Under the pieces are notes generated by a model. That model had not been told where the DNA came from, searched no databases, and saw only the letters and a list, made by a program, of their open reading frames with translations. Shown one piece after another: positions 1 to 10,976 of a DNA stretch of 64,000 bases (the first letter of the stretch is position 1; each line of letters begins with the position of its first letter). Both the position numbers and the translations under genes were made by a program. Source of the stretch: Opitutia bacterium (lineage in GTDB: Bacteria; Verrucomicrobiota; Verrucomicrobiia; Opitutales; Coraliomargaritaceae); the NCBI GenBank assembly GCA_029252625.1, contig JAQXBA010000021.1:25067-89066 (forward strand), in the 5' to 3' direction.

Positions 1-985
1 CCAGTCCTTTAATCTCTTTTTGGTATTCTTCGATACGCGCTTCGAGATCCTTCATGCGGATACCAGAAAACTCGGCCTGATTCTCGGAGTTCTCCTTCTC
101 AGAGCGCAAATTAAACACGCGCTGCTGCAGATCCTGCATGTTGTCGTATAGCTCGGCACGAGCGTTTTTTTGCGTCGTCAGTGCTGCCTCATCGGCGGCC
201 ATAGATTCGGTGTGCGTCTCCAGCTTTTTACGCAGCTCATTCGCGCGTGCGGCGACCTCATCAATCGAGCTTTTTAAGGCGGTGAAGCGATACGAGCTGA
301 AGGCCAAATCCAAGTGAGTCAAGCGGTGCTTAATACGCTGATAGCGTAACGCTTTACTAGCTTGACGCTTCAATGAGCCGATTTGACGGCTGACCTCCTC
401 GATCACATCGGTGACACGGGCGAGATTGGCATCGACCAGCGAGAGCTTGCTAAGTGCTTCTTTGCGTTGCGCCTTGTAGAGTGTAATACCCGCAGCCTCT
501 TCAAAAATAGTGCGACGCTCGCCAGGGTTAGTAGATAAGATCTGATCGATCTGGCCCTGCAGCATGAACGAGTAAGACACACGGCCTATCCCAGTATTTG
601 CAAACAAACGTTGGATATCCTTTAGGCGTGAGACCTTGCCATTAATATAGTAATCACTGCCGCCATCACGCGTGACGCGGCGAGCGATCTCGACCTCATT
701 AAAAGCAGTGCCAAGTTCGGCTTCGCAATCGGTAAACGTCAGCGAGACCTCGCAGGTGGGCAGGCCTTTGCGCTTATCAGTGCCCTCAAAGATGACGTCC
801 TGCATGGACGCACCGCGCAGCGCTTTGGCACTCTGCTCACCCAGCACCCAACGAATCGCATCAACGATGTTACTCTTGCCGCAACCATTCGGACCTACGA
901 CGGCAGTTACCCCACGGCGCAGGTCGAGACGCGTGCGATCGGCAAAACTCTTAAAGCCACTGATGACGATCTCTTTGAGATACAT
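1..985 (-). CDS. smc: Chromosome segregation ATPase SMC, N-terminal part; runs off the left edge of the window
   Basis: Manual translation of the minus strand from the ATG at 985 gives MYLKEIVISGFKSFADRTRL...VVGPNGCGKSNIVDAIRWVLGEQSAKALRG, the SMC N-terminal Walker A signature. Not in the ORF track because it is truncated. Confidence 0.95.
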   Translation of the reverse strand, partial: MYLKEIVISGFKSFADRTRLDLRRGVTAVVGPNGCGKSNIVDAIRWVLGEQSAKALRGASMQDVIFEGTDKRKGLPTCEVSLTFTDCEAELGTAFNEVEIARRVTRDGGSDYYINGKVSRLKDIQRLFANTGIGRVSYSFMLQGQIDQILSTNPGERRTIFEEAAGITLYKAQRKEALSKLSLVDANLARVTDVIEEVSRQIGSLKRQASKALRYQRIKHRLTHLDLAFSSYRFTALKSSIDEVAARANELRKKLETHTESMAADEAALTTQKNARAELYDNMQDLQQRVFNLRSEKENSENQAEFSGIRMKDLEARIEEYQKEIKGL

Positions 986-1137
986 GAATACTATATATGG
1001 ACAGCTAGGATAGGAGAGAAAGAGCCTAGAAGAATCGCTCAGAGCGGCCCTCGCAACCCTAAAAGATAATAGAGAAACAGTTGCTAGGGGGATAGCATCT
1101 AGCCATAATCACTCCAACCCTCATTCATCCTATTTTT

Positions 1138-1986
1138 ATGCCAAAATCTATACACTGCTCTCGCGACGAATGGCCGATCAAGGCCTATAAAGACCTCAAT
1201 TTCTTGAACAGTGACGAAGCCCGTAATATCAGGGTGCTCTGCGAAATGACTGAGCCTGGACTGCGCTTCACAGAGGAAAAGATCAAAGATACCATCGTGC
1301 TATTTGGCTCGGCCCGGATCATGCCCATTGATGTCGCACAGGCTAAACTAGAGGACGTACAGGCGGCCATCAGTGACCCCGAGCACCTCAACACCGCCGA
1401 GAAGTGCGCGCTGCAGCTTGCACAAAGCGCAGTGAAGGCAGCGCCTTACTACCAGATGGCAGTCGAACTCGCCGAAGAACTCACCAAATGGTCGATGAGC
1501 CTAGCAGAGAAAGATCAACGCCGGTTCATTATTTGCTCTGGCGGCGGCCCCGGCATTATGGAAGCTGCTAATCGCGGCGCGCATAATGTCGGCGGCAAGT
1601 CAATCGGCCTCGGCATTAGCCTGCCTTTTGAGCAAGGCGTGAACGAATATGTCCCGGATGGGCTCCAATTCGAGTTCCACTATTTCTTCGTGCGTAAATA
1701 CTGGTTTGTATTGTTGGCCAAAGCGCTGATCGCCTTCCCTGGTGGATTTGGCACCATGGATGAACTGTTTGAAATACTCACACTGGTGCAGACCGGCAAA
1801 GTCTCCACGCCACCTCCGATCGTGCTGTTTGGCAGTGAATTTTGGAACCGCGTAGTCGACTTCGAGGCGCTAGTCGAATGGGGCACGGTCTCACCGGCAG
1901 ACCTCGATTTGTTTAAAGTGGTCGATACTGTCGAAGAAGCACGCGACTATATTATCGAGCAACTCACAGCGCGGTTCTTATCGTAA
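1138..1986 (+). CDS. LOG/TIGR00730-family nucleotide monophosphate nucleosidase (Rossmann-like fold)
   Basis: Motifs SGGGPGIMEAAN, SIGLGISLPFEQ and FPGGFGTMDELFE (PGGxGTxDE signature). Confidence 0.9.
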   Translation: MPKSIHCSRDEWPIKAYKDLNFLNSDEARNIRVLCEMTEPGLRFTEEKIKDTIVLFGSARIMPIDVAQAKLEDVQAAISDPEHLNTAEKCALQLAQSAVKAAPYYQMAVELAEELTKWSMSLAEKDQRRFIICSGGGPGIMEAANRGAHNVGGKSIGLGISLPFEQGVNEYVPDGLQFEFHYFFVRKYWFVLLAKALIAFPGGFGTMDELFEILTLVQTGKVSTPPPIVLFGSEFWNRVVDFEALVEWGTVSPADLDLFKVVDTVEEARDYIIEQLTARFLS

Positions 1987-1993
1987 CGGCTGC

Positions 1994-3451
1994 TTAGCGA
2001 TAGACGCGCTCACTATGTAGTGAGAGCAGCTTCACGCTGACACAGAGTAAGCCATTGAGCGCGAGCCAATAGACGGGACTTTGAAAGATGAAGTCCACAA
2101 AGGCATGCCCAAATGCCGTGCTGAGGCCAATCATTAGCATCAGCGCGCTGAGGGCATTGCCCGATGCTCGAAACAGCATATGCCAAATCCAATAGGCAAA
2201 GATCAGCAGCAACATGCCGCAGCCAACAAGCCCATACTCACAGATAAACTGCACAACATCATTGTGCGCATAGTGATAGACCTTTCGTCCAATCCAGCCG
2301 CGCTTCGGGTGATAACGCTGATAGTAAATCTCAGGGTAACTCTTCTGGTACATCGGGAAGATGTAGCGCCATGATCCCGCCCCCCATCCGAGCCACAATT
2401 CCTCTTGCGCCATCTCCCAGGTCACTTTGGTCGTGATCGCTCGCGAATCTTGGTCAGCCGTTTGAATCGCCTCTTCTATATTACCGAAACGCGTCTCGAT
2501 GTCTTGAATATCGACGTATTGAAACATAATATAGCCCCCACCACCCAATAAGGCACCAATCAGCAACGTCAGAAGAATCGAATTGCGCACCGAGTTCGAA
2601 AACAGCCAACGCGCAGCGGCCGCGATAAAGAAGCAGGCCATCATCAGACCACCAAAAAGAATCCCGCCCCGCGAAAGCGCCAAGCCAATCGACGTATACA
2701 GCACCGCCACAAACACAAAGAGTAGCAAGTGCGGCCCGCCACTCTGCCCACGACGCTCTGCTTGATTGAAATGGTAAAAATAGAGCATGCCACAGGCGCA
2801 GATAATCAAGTTCAGATAAGCTACTCCCTCATTTCGGTAAAAGAACGTGCCCCAGAAATTAGCGTTCGATGATTTCACTGTCCACAGCACCGAATCGGCG
2901 CCAGAGAACTTTTGCAATATCGCCACGATCGCCATGCACACACCACTAATCACCAAAGTCCACAGTAAGAGCACCGCACTGCTGCGCCGACGCACCCCGA
3001 CCCACAATCCCCAAACCAAAGTAAACGCCGCCGCGAAACTCGACAACACACGAAACGCATTCATCGGCACATAGCTGGTATCGACTCCAGCAGGTAGCCA
3101 GCTCACCGGCTCCACTTCCTCGACCCACCAGCCACCGTCATTCCGCAACAGCTCCCACGCAGGGTTCAGCCCCTGAATGGCGATATAGGCCAAAAAAGCC
3201 AACCCCAGCCAAAAGACGGGAAACTTCAGCAGGCGTGTTACATTTTGTGCATTACCATGCTCACCGTCCGTCCCATTCCACTTCTGCGGCAATGGCACGA
3301 CTGAGAGTAGCCAGGTCAACAAGCCGCCCGCTAACAAAGTATGTAACGACCAGAGCTGTACACCAGCCAGCCCCCAAGCCGTAAAGGCCAAGGTCAAGCC
3401 ACCGAACCCAACAACCGCCCACTCACGAGGCGCAACAGATGGAGATCCCAT
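1994..3451 (-). CDS. O-antigen ligase-like (Wzy_C) polytopic membrane protein
   Basis: About 12 hydrophobic segments, SRGG motif, LGWGAGSW, and HYAHNDVVQFICEYGLVG (the HN...G.VG signature). Confidence 0.8.
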   Translation of the reverse strand: MGSPSVAPREWAVVGFGGLTLAFTAWGLAGVQLWSLHTLLAGGLLTWLLSVVPLPQKWNGTDGEHGNAQNVTRLLKFPVFWLGLAFLAYIAIQGLNPAWELLRNDGGWWVEEVEPVSWLPAGVDTSYVPMNAFRVLSSFAAAFTLVWGLWVGVRRRSSAVLLLWTLVISGVCMAIVAILQKFSGADSVLWTVKSSNANFWGTFFYRNEGVAYLNLIICACGMLYFYHFNQAERRGQSGGPHLLLFVFVAVLYTSIGLALSRGGILFGGLMMACFFIAAAARWLFSNSVRNSILLTLLIGALLGGGGYIMFQYVDIQDIETRFGNIEEAIQTADQDSRAITTKVTWEMAQEELWLGWGAGSWRYIFPMYQKSYPEIYYQRYHPKRGWIGRKVYHYAHNDVVQFICEYGLVGCGMLLLIFAYWIWHMLFRASGNALSALMLMIGLSTAFGHAFVDFIFQSPVYWLALNGLLCVSVKLLSLHSERVYR

Positions 3452-3460
3452 AGCAATGCC

Positions 3461-4444
3461 TTATGAAAAGCTCGGTTGGTAGGCATCGTGCAGACGCAGT
3501 AAACCCAACAGCTCGCCGCCCTCAGCCACTACGGGTAGCACCGAAATTTGTGAACTGCGGTCTTCCATCATACGCACCGCATCACCCAGAGGCACATTCG
3601 GCTGCGTCGAGATTGGAGATCTCGTCATGCAATCCCCCACTTTGAAGTTCAGAATATCACCTTCCTGCGAAAGAATACGGCGAATATCACCATCGGTTAT
3701 AATTCCAGCCAAGCCATTCGCCGCATCCACGATGCAAGCCGCACCGAATGGAAACTTCGTCATCCGAATCACCACTTCGCGCAGGGTTTCCTCCGCTTGC
3801 GCGCAGGCGACCTGATCGACGGCGTGCATCACATCAGCCACTGTCATCAGCAGATTCCGCCCAAGTTGTCCACCGGGATGGAAGCTTGCGAATTCCTCTC
3901 TGGTGAAATCACGCGCTTTAACCAAGGCCGCCGCCAGGGCATCGCCAATCGCCAAGCTCACCGTCGAGCTTGACGTCGGCATTAAATTCAGCGGATCAGC
4001 CTCTCGCTCGACACTGCCATCCAACACCACATCGGCTGCTGCCGCGATCGGAGAGTCCACGTTGCCGACAATCGCAATCACAGGAGACTTAAGTTTTTTA
4101 AACATCGGCATCAAGCGCAGCACCTCCGCCGTGCTGCCGCTCTTCGACAACACGACCGTCGGATCACCGGGCTGATACACTCCCAGATCGCCATGAATGG
4201 CTTCAGCCGCATGCAAGAACACTGAAGGGATGCCACAACTCGATAAAGTCGCCGCCAGCTTCGTGCCGATGTGCCCAGACTTACCGATGCCACAAATCAC
4301 CAACTTACTGCCGGACTCTAAGATCAAATCCAATGCGCGCTCAAAGGCAGCATCCAAACGCTCTGCCGCGATTTGGATTGCAGCCGCCTCCGCCTGCATT
4401 GATTGACGCCCTACTTCGAGTCGACTGAGACCTAAATTACTCAT
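3461..4444 (-). CDS. kpsF: KpsF/GutQ-family arabinose-5-phosphate isomerase (SIS domain plus 2 CBS domains)
   Basis: GIGKSGHIG, AEAIHGDLG, SKSGST, PTSSST and HPGGQLG motifs, with a C-terminal CBS pair. Confidence 0.9.
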   Translation of the reverse strand: MSNLGLSRLEVGRQSMQAEAAAIQIAAERLDAAFERALDLILESGSKLVICGIGKSGHIGTKLAATLSSCGIPSVFLHAAEAIHGDLGVYQPGDPTVVLSKSGSTAEVLRLMPMFKKLKSPVIAIVGNVDSPIAAAADVVLDGSVEREADPLNLMPTSSSTVSLAIGDALAAALVKARDFTREEFASFHPGGQLGRNLLMTVADVMHAVDQVACAQAEETLREVVIRMTKFPFGAACIVDAANGLAGIITDGDIRRILSQEGDILNFKVGDCMTRSPISTQPNVPLGDAVRMMEDRSSQISVLPVVAEGGELLGLLRLHDAYQPSFS

Positions 4445-4678
4445 ATCTTAGTGCTAAGCAGTTCCCAACAGAAGGTAAAGCACTTTGCCAAGCACATCTT
4501 GCTCGATTCAGCAGCGAGGCGAAAGTCTGTCGTTAATGGTAAGCCAGTTAGATTTCCTCAATCAATCAGTTACGTTACTATGGCTCTGACTCAAAATTGA
4601 TAAACGATAGTCGATTCATGACCTGCAGTGCATCAGCAACTAACTTCTATTTCCGCCAACTCACCGCCCTTTTGAGGA

Positions 4679-5626
4679 TCATGCCCCAACCCTCGCATAC
4701 CACGCCAAGGCCAGCAAGCCTAGGGATAGGGCCGCGCAAGCAATTGACCAATGCTGCAAAACGAAGACCCAGCGCTGCACGCAGGCCCCCAGCAAACCGA
4801 AGACCATGCCACAGACAAATCCACTAATATGCGCGGCAACATCTACAGTGCCATCCCCCACGCCCAATAATCCCAACAAAGTCAGCCCACCGAACACAGG
4901 AATCAACCATCGTGGCAACGACAGCCGATGATATGGGTCTAAGGCGGCCGCCCAAAGACCGATCCCCGTCAACAAACCCAAGGCGCCAAACACTGCAGTC
5001 GAGGCCCCAATCGAGTAATGCTCAACTGGATAATAAACCACCGCATTGAGCACATTTCCCGCAATGCCGCTGAGCAATATTAGCAGCCAACCAGGACCTG
5101 CCCCAAAAAAGCGACAGACAAAAAACGCAAAACCCATGCCGGCAATCAAATTGGAGGCCAAGTGCACCACATCTGCGTGCAAAGTCAGCGCAGTGACCGC
5201 TCGCCACCACTGCGCACCTTGGACCATGGCCACCGAATCCGCCTGTCCCAGCGAAACAATACCGGCGCTCTCTTGCCACACAAAGCAAGCAATCAATACC
5301 CCAGCATACAGCGCGAACGACAACCAGCCAAAATCAAACTCCTGATACTCAAACAGAGCACCACCGACGCGCCGAGCCTCCAAGGCCGCGATTGCATCTA
5401 ACTCAGCGCTAACCGCTGTGTACCGATTTTCGACCACACAAATCACATAGCGCCCATCTTGCAGAATTATCCAGTACGCGTTTCCCATCGCCAAAATCGC
5501 CAGCCCAGCTTCTCCCGCTGCGACATAATCATCAAACACAGCGACTGCGGCGAGCCCCTCTTCGGGCTCAAAATCGACTAGACCCTTCAGCACCTCCTTA
5601 CTTTCTATCGCTTTCAAGCTCGCCAT
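4679..5626 (-). CDS. Rhomboid-family intramembrane serine protease with an N-terminal soluble domain
   Basis: WWRAVTALTLHADVVHLASN, catalytic IGASTAVFG, and VAAHISGF. Confidence 0.9.
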   Translation of the reverse strand: MASLKAIESKEVLKGLVDFEPEEGLAAVAVFDDYVAAGEAGLAILAMGNAYWIILQDGRYVICVVENRYTAVSAELDAIAALEARRVGGALFEYQEFDFGWLSFALYAGVLIACFVWQESAGIVSLGQADSVAMVQGAQWWRAVTALTLHADVVHLASNLIAGMGFAFFVCRFFGAGPGWLLILLSGIAGNVLNAVVYYPVEHYSIGASTAVFGALGLLTGIGLWAAALDPYHRLSLPRWLIPVFGGLTLLGLLGVGDGTVDVAAHISGFVCGMVFGLLGACVQRWVFVLQHWSIACAALSLGLLALAWYARVGA

Positions 5627-5682
5627 ATAGCGATTATGCGCTATTCTTCAGCACGCAATCAATCAATTAACTTAACACGTAT

Positions 5683-6447
5683 ATGATAAAAAAAATATTC
5701 CTATTCCTTGTAATCGTTGCAGTGGCCGCTGTGGCCGCGATTTATTTCCTCGGCTCAAGCGCGTTAAATAAAGGTATCAAGACTGGTGTCGAAAAATTCG
5801 GCCCAGAGATCACTCAAACCTCCGTGCGACTCGATGAGGTGAATCTTTCTATTCTTTCTGGCAATGGCACACTCACGGGCCTCTACGTGGGCAACCCAGA
5901 TGGCTATAAGAGCGAAAATATCTTCGCCCTCGGCGAAATCGAGGTCGATATTGATACTAGTACCGTCTTTAGCGATAAGGTCATCATTAACAAAATCATC
6001 ATCCAAAAGCCTGAAATCAGCTACGAAAAGACGCTGATGAGCTCGAATATCAAAACACTGATGAAAAATATCGATGCTTTCACTGGTAGTGCTGACGAGA
6101 ACGCGCCCGATTCCACAGAGGCAGTTGCTGCAGAAGACGGCTCCGCAAAGCAAGTAGTCATCAAGCAACTTGTCATTGAAGACGGCACCGTCTTTCTAGG
6201 CTTAATGGGCGCTGGTACAACCGTACCGCTCCCACGGATCGAGATGAATGACATTGGCGAAGACGGCAACAGCAAGAGCATGGCAGAAATCATCGACCTG
6301 ATCCTGACCGAAGTGCTCACATCAATCGGCCCCGCTATTGGAAATACAGGGGACCTTGTCGGCGAAGGAGGCAAAGACGTACTGGAACAAGGCGAAGCTG
6401 CCCTCGAAAAGGCGACCGAAAGTATCAAGGGCTTGTTCGGCAAATAA
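5683..6447 (+). CDS. AsmA-like/DUF748-like protein with an N-terminal membrane anchor
   Basis: A single N-terminal hydrophobic helix followed by a beta-rich region (VRLDEVNLSILSG, FALGEIEVDID). The family call is by resemblance only. Confidence 0.55.
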   Translation: MIKKIFLFLVIVAVAAVAAIYFLGSSALNKGIKTGVEKFGPEITQTSVRLDEVNLSILSGNGTLTGLYVGNPDGYKSENIFALGEIEVDIDTSTVFSDKVIINKIIIQKPEISYEKTLMSSNIKTLMKNIDAFTGSADENAPDSTEAVAAEDGSAKQVVIKQLVIEDGTVFLGLMGAGTTVPLPRIEMNDIGEDGNSKSMAEIIDLILTEVLTSIGPAIGNTGDLVGEGGKDVLEQGEAALEKATESIKGLFGK

Positions 6448-6676
6448 GGCCCGCGCGACACACAGAGCTTTTTGGGTCAACATCGATTAGTGCGAGAACG
6501 CAAAGAGAGGGAGATCGATTCGCCTTTTTGTGCAGCAAGTCAGGATGACTGAGGCATGTGATCGCAGTCCTGCCACGTTGAGTTGCTCAAAAAATTCCTG
6601 AGTAGGTAGTCATTGCCTCCTAGAAAAACAGCCTGCAGTTCCAACCAAGACTTTCCCACGAATCGAAGGCGAACCC

Positions 6677-6704
6677 AAAAAAAGCCCGTCCAATTGGACG
6701 GGCT
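6677..6704. terminator. Intrinsic terminator after rplQ, probably bidirectional
   Basis: AAAAAAA-GCCCGTCC-AATT-GGACGGGC-T, lying between convergent genes. Confidence 0.8.
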
Positions 6705-6730
6705 CTTGAAAGTGTGTGCGATGAAAGGAA

Positions 6731-7372
6731 CTACGCGTCGGTATCTTCTTTAGCTGGCGCTTCTTTTTTAACCGGCTTTTTAACCGGCTTTTTAACCGCC
6801 TTTTTGGCTGCCTTTTTGGCGACTTTTTTAACCGCTTTTTTGGCGACCGCTTCAGTAGCTTCAGCTTCAGCTTCAGCTTCGGGCGCATCAGCCTCAGGCG
6901 TTTGCGTTTTTACCGCTTCAGTTACTTCTGCTTCGGCCTTGGTCGCTTTTTTAGCTGGCTTTTTGGCTGACTTCTTGGAGTAGCCCTCGTCATTGCCGTC
7001 GATCAGTTCGATCAATGCCATTTCAGCTGCATCGCCGATACGTTGACCAACCTTATAGATACGTGTGTAACCACCATTGCGCTCGGTGAACTCGCTAGCG
7101 AGCTCATCAAACAGCTTAGCGACTGCTTTTTTGTCGCGAACACGAGAGATCGCCAAGCGACGGAAGTGCAATTTACGTGCAGTGTCGTTTGCAGCTTCTG
7201 CCTTCTTCGCGAAGGTAATGATCTTCTCGATGAATGGACGAAGCGCCTTGGCTTTAGTTAATGTTGTTTGAATACGACCATGTGTAATGAGTGCAACGGA
7301 AAGGTTGCCCATCATGGCGGATAAATGAGGTCCGGAAACCCCGAGTGAATGTCTTCTTTTGCTGTGACGCAT
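6731..7372 (-). CDS. rplQ: 50S ribosomal protein L17 with a long low-complexity C-terminal tail
   Basis: MRHSKRRHSLG...GRIQTTLTKAKALRPFIEKIIT...RNGGYTRI, located after rpoA. Confidence 0.97.
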   Translation of the reverse strand: MRHSKRRHSLGVSGPHLSAMMGNLSVALITHGRIQTTLTKAKALRPFIEKIITFAKKAEAANDTARKLHFRRLAISRVRDKKAVAKLFDELASEFTERNGGYTRIYKVGQRIGDAAEMALIELIDGNDEGYSKKSAKKPAKKATKAEAEVTEAVKTQTPEADAPEAEAEAEATEAVAKKAVKKVAKKAAKKAVKKPVKKPVKKEAPAKEDTDA

Positions 7373-7403
7373 GTTCTAAATGTCTTGTGCCTAAAAGGCG
7401 GGA

Positions 7404-8405
<1,002 letters not shown>

Positions 8406-8477
8406 AATATGCTTTGTTTTAACTGATTACAATGAATTGCTAATGTCTGACCAGAGAGGTCATAAAACGAAAACTGA

Positions 8478-9086
8478 CTATCGGCTATAAAATTCAACGA
8501 TGAGCTGAACATTAATGCTGTTTTCAGTTTCTTCTGTCGACGGAAGGCGGTTGATCGTTGCCTTAAGAGCATCCGCATTGAGTGTGAGCCACTCAGGGAC
8601 GGTGCGACCTTGGCTTTCTTCCATGCTGCGTGTTGCAAGCTGCCGAGATGAGGTGCGCTCACGCACTTCGATTTCGTCACCTTCCTTAACAATGAAAGAA
8701 GCGATGTCGGTCTTCTGGCCGTTCACGCAAACGTGGCCGTGGCCAACAAGCTGCCGAGCTCCAGCGCGTGACTTAGCGAAGCCGAGGCGGTAGATAACAC
8801 TATCTAAACGTGTTTCAAGCACCTGAAGAAAGATCTCACCAGTTACGCCACGAGTGTTTTTGGCTTTTTCGAAAGTTAGACGGAATTGTTTTTCCGTGAT
8901 GCCATACATGAAACGAAGCTTTTGCTTTTCGTTCAGGCCGACTGCGTACTCGCTGAATTTACGGCGCAGACGAGGGCCATGTTGACCAGGAGGGTGAGGC
9001 TTACGCTCGAATGCCTTGGTGGGCGCGAAAATAGCCTGACCGAAGCGGCGATTGATGCGAGTTGTTGGTCCAGTGTAACGGGACAT
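8478..9086 (-). CDS. rpsD: 30S ribosomal protein S4 (Cys-free form)
   Basis: MSRYTGP...LETRLDSVIYRLGFAKSRAGARQLVGHGH...IVEFYSR. Confidence 0.98.
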   Translation of the reverse strand: MSRYTGPTTRINRRFGQAIFAPTKAFERKPHPPGQHGPRLRRKFSEYAVGLNEKQKLRFMYGITEKQFRLTFEKAKNTRGVTGEIFLQVLETRLDSVIYRLGFAKSRAGARQLVGHGHVCVNGQKTDIASFIVKEGDEIEVRERTSSRQLATRSMEESQGRTVPEWLTLNADALKATINRLPSTEETENSINVQLIVEFYSR

Positions 9087-9148
9087 AGTTTTATTCCTTA
9101 ATAGGTTATCTGCAGACTAATTATATATATCTAGATGGCAGTAGCATC

Positions 9149-9658
9149 TTAGACACGACGACGTTTAGGAGCACGGCAACCGTTATGAGGGACCGGAGTC
9201 ACATCAATAATTTCGGTCACGACCATGCCTAAAGATTGAAGCGCACGAACAGCTGAATCTCGTCCCATACCAGGACCGTTCAGCTTAACGACGACTTCCT
9301 TCATGCCGTGCGACATCGCGACACGACCTGCATCTTGCGTGACAACTTGTGCCGCGTATGCAGTTGATTTGCGAGAGCCACGGAAGTTGCACTTGCCGGC
9401 ACTTGACCAGGAAATGACATTCCCGCGAGGATCGCTGAAAGTAACTTTAGTGTTATTGAAAGTAGCGAGTACATTAACAATACCGACGGTAATGTTTTTG
9501 CTGCCCTTGGCACGACGGATTTTGACACCATCAAGATCGCTTTTAAGAAGATCTTCAGCAGTTTCTTGCTTCTTCACTGGTGCTTCGGCCTCAGCCTCGA
9601 CAGCTGCGTCAACAACTACTTTTTCTTCTTCTACAGGTTTTGTTTCTTCTTCGCTCAT
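9149..9658 (-). CDS. rpsK: 30S ribosomal protein S11 with an acidic N-terminal extension
   Basis: ATFNNTKVT...[10 protein letters not shown]...[18 protein letters not shown]. Confidence 0.98.
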   Translation of the reverse strand: MSEEETKPVEEEKVVVDAAVEAEAEAPVKKQETAEDLLKSDLDGVKIRRAKGSKNITVGIVNVLATFNNTKVTFSDPRGNVISWSSAGKCNFRGSRKSTAYAAQVVTQDAGRVAMSHGMKEVVVKLNGPGMGRDSAVRALQSLGMVVTEIIDVTPVPHNGCRAPKRRRV

Positions 9659-9675
9659 AGGAAAGATGTCTTAGG

Positions 9676-10038
9676 TTACTTGCGGACTGGCTTGACCGCG
9701 CCCTTGCGTGTACGGGCATTAGTTTTAGTGCGTTGGCCACGAACCGGAAGTCCACGCATATGGCGAACGCCACGATAGCTGCGGATCGCCGAAAGACGCT
9801 TTAAATTGGCAGTGCGCTCACGACGGAGATCACCTTCAACGATATATTGTTTTTCAGCAACCAAAGATGCGAGCTGATTGAGCTCCTCTTCGCTTAGATC
9901 ACCAGCACGGCGATCCGCATCGAAACCAGACACTTCGACAATTGCCTTAGCGCGTGTTGGCCCAATGCCATAGATGTAACGAAGCGAGTACTCTAGCTTC
10001 TTGTTTGCGGGGATATCGACTCCAAGTATACGTGGCAT
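9676..10038 (-). CDS. rpsM: 30S ribosomal protein S13
   Basis: MPRILGVDIP...RGLPVRGQRTKTNARTRKG. The start was moved to the ATG at 10038; the track ORF extends into map. Confidence 0.97.
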   Translation of the reverse strand: MPRILGVDIPANKKLEYSLRYIYGIGPTRAKAIVEVSGFDADRRAGDLSEEELNQLASLVAEKQYIVEGDLRRERTANLKRLSAIRSYRGVRHMRGLPVRGQRTKTNARTRKGAVKPVRK

Positions 10039-10112
10039 GATAAAAGATGTTGTATTACCCGCGTGATTGCGGGAAAATTGTGATAAATAGCAGTTAAGTT
10101 TAGTTTGAAAAG

Positions 10113-10880
10113 TTAATTCTTCGGAATTGTTAAGATTTCCGGGTCCGCGCCAGTGACGAGGACAGTGTGTTCGAAGTGGGCTGATGGCTTTCGATCGCGC
10201 GTTACAGCGGTCCAACCATCATCAAGCATCTCGATTGCAGCGCCACCAAGATTGATCATCGGCTCGATTGCGAGCGCCATACCAGGCTTGAGTAATGCAC
10301 CGCATCCGCGACGACCATAGTTCGGGATCTGCGGCGCTTCATGCATCGTAGCTCCTACACCATGTCCTACAAACTCGCGAACGATACCGTAGTTGTGACG
10401 TTTAATAAAGCGCTGCACAGCATTGGAAATATCACCCACGCGATTGCCAGCCCGTGCAAAAGTAATTGCATAGTCTAGTGCTTCGCGTGTGGCGCTAATA
10501 AGAGCTTGGTTCTCATCCACAATTGGTGGAATCAGAACCGTGCGAGCATTATCGCCAATAAATCCGCGGTAACGAACCACTACATCAATGGAAACAACGT
10601 CACCACCTTGAATGGCGCGGCGCATGCTTCCAATACCATGGACGATTTCTTCATTAACAGAAATACAGGTATAAGCAGGAAAGACGTGTTCGCTGTTACG
10701 GTAATTATAACAAGCGCTTTCAGCCCCCAATGCCTCGATAGCCTTGCGGCCGAGTTGATCGAGATCGTAGGTAGTCATCCCCTCACCGACTGCATCGACC
10801 AACTGCTTTAAAACAGTTGCTGCGATTTGGCAGGCTTCGCGAATCGATTGGATTTCTTCGTCGGAACGAATGCTTTTCAT
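10113..10880 (-). CDS. map: Type I methionine aminopeptidase
   Basis: CISVNEEIVHGI, IDVVVRYRGFIGDNART, GHGVG...HEAP, IEPMIN, SAHFEHT. Confidence 0.97.
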   Translation of the reverse strand: MKSIRSDEEIQSIREACQIAATVLKQLVDAVGEGMTTYDLDQLGRKAIEALGAESACYNYRNSEHVFPAYTCISVNEEIVHGIGSMRRAIQGGDVVSIDVVVRYRGFIGDNARTVLIPPIVDENQALISATREALDYAITFARAGNRVGDISNAVQRFIKRHNYGIVREFVGHGVGATMHEAPQIPNYGRRGCGALLKPGMALAIEPMINLGGAAIEMLDDGWTAVTRDRKPSAHFEHTVLVTGADPEILTIPKN

Positions 10881-10976
10881 CGGTTTGCAGTACGGGGATT
10901 ATTCAAAGAACAGGAAATGAAACGGAGAGGCAACTGAAACGGATGCTTCTTCGGAGGTCAGTCAATCGACTGATGT

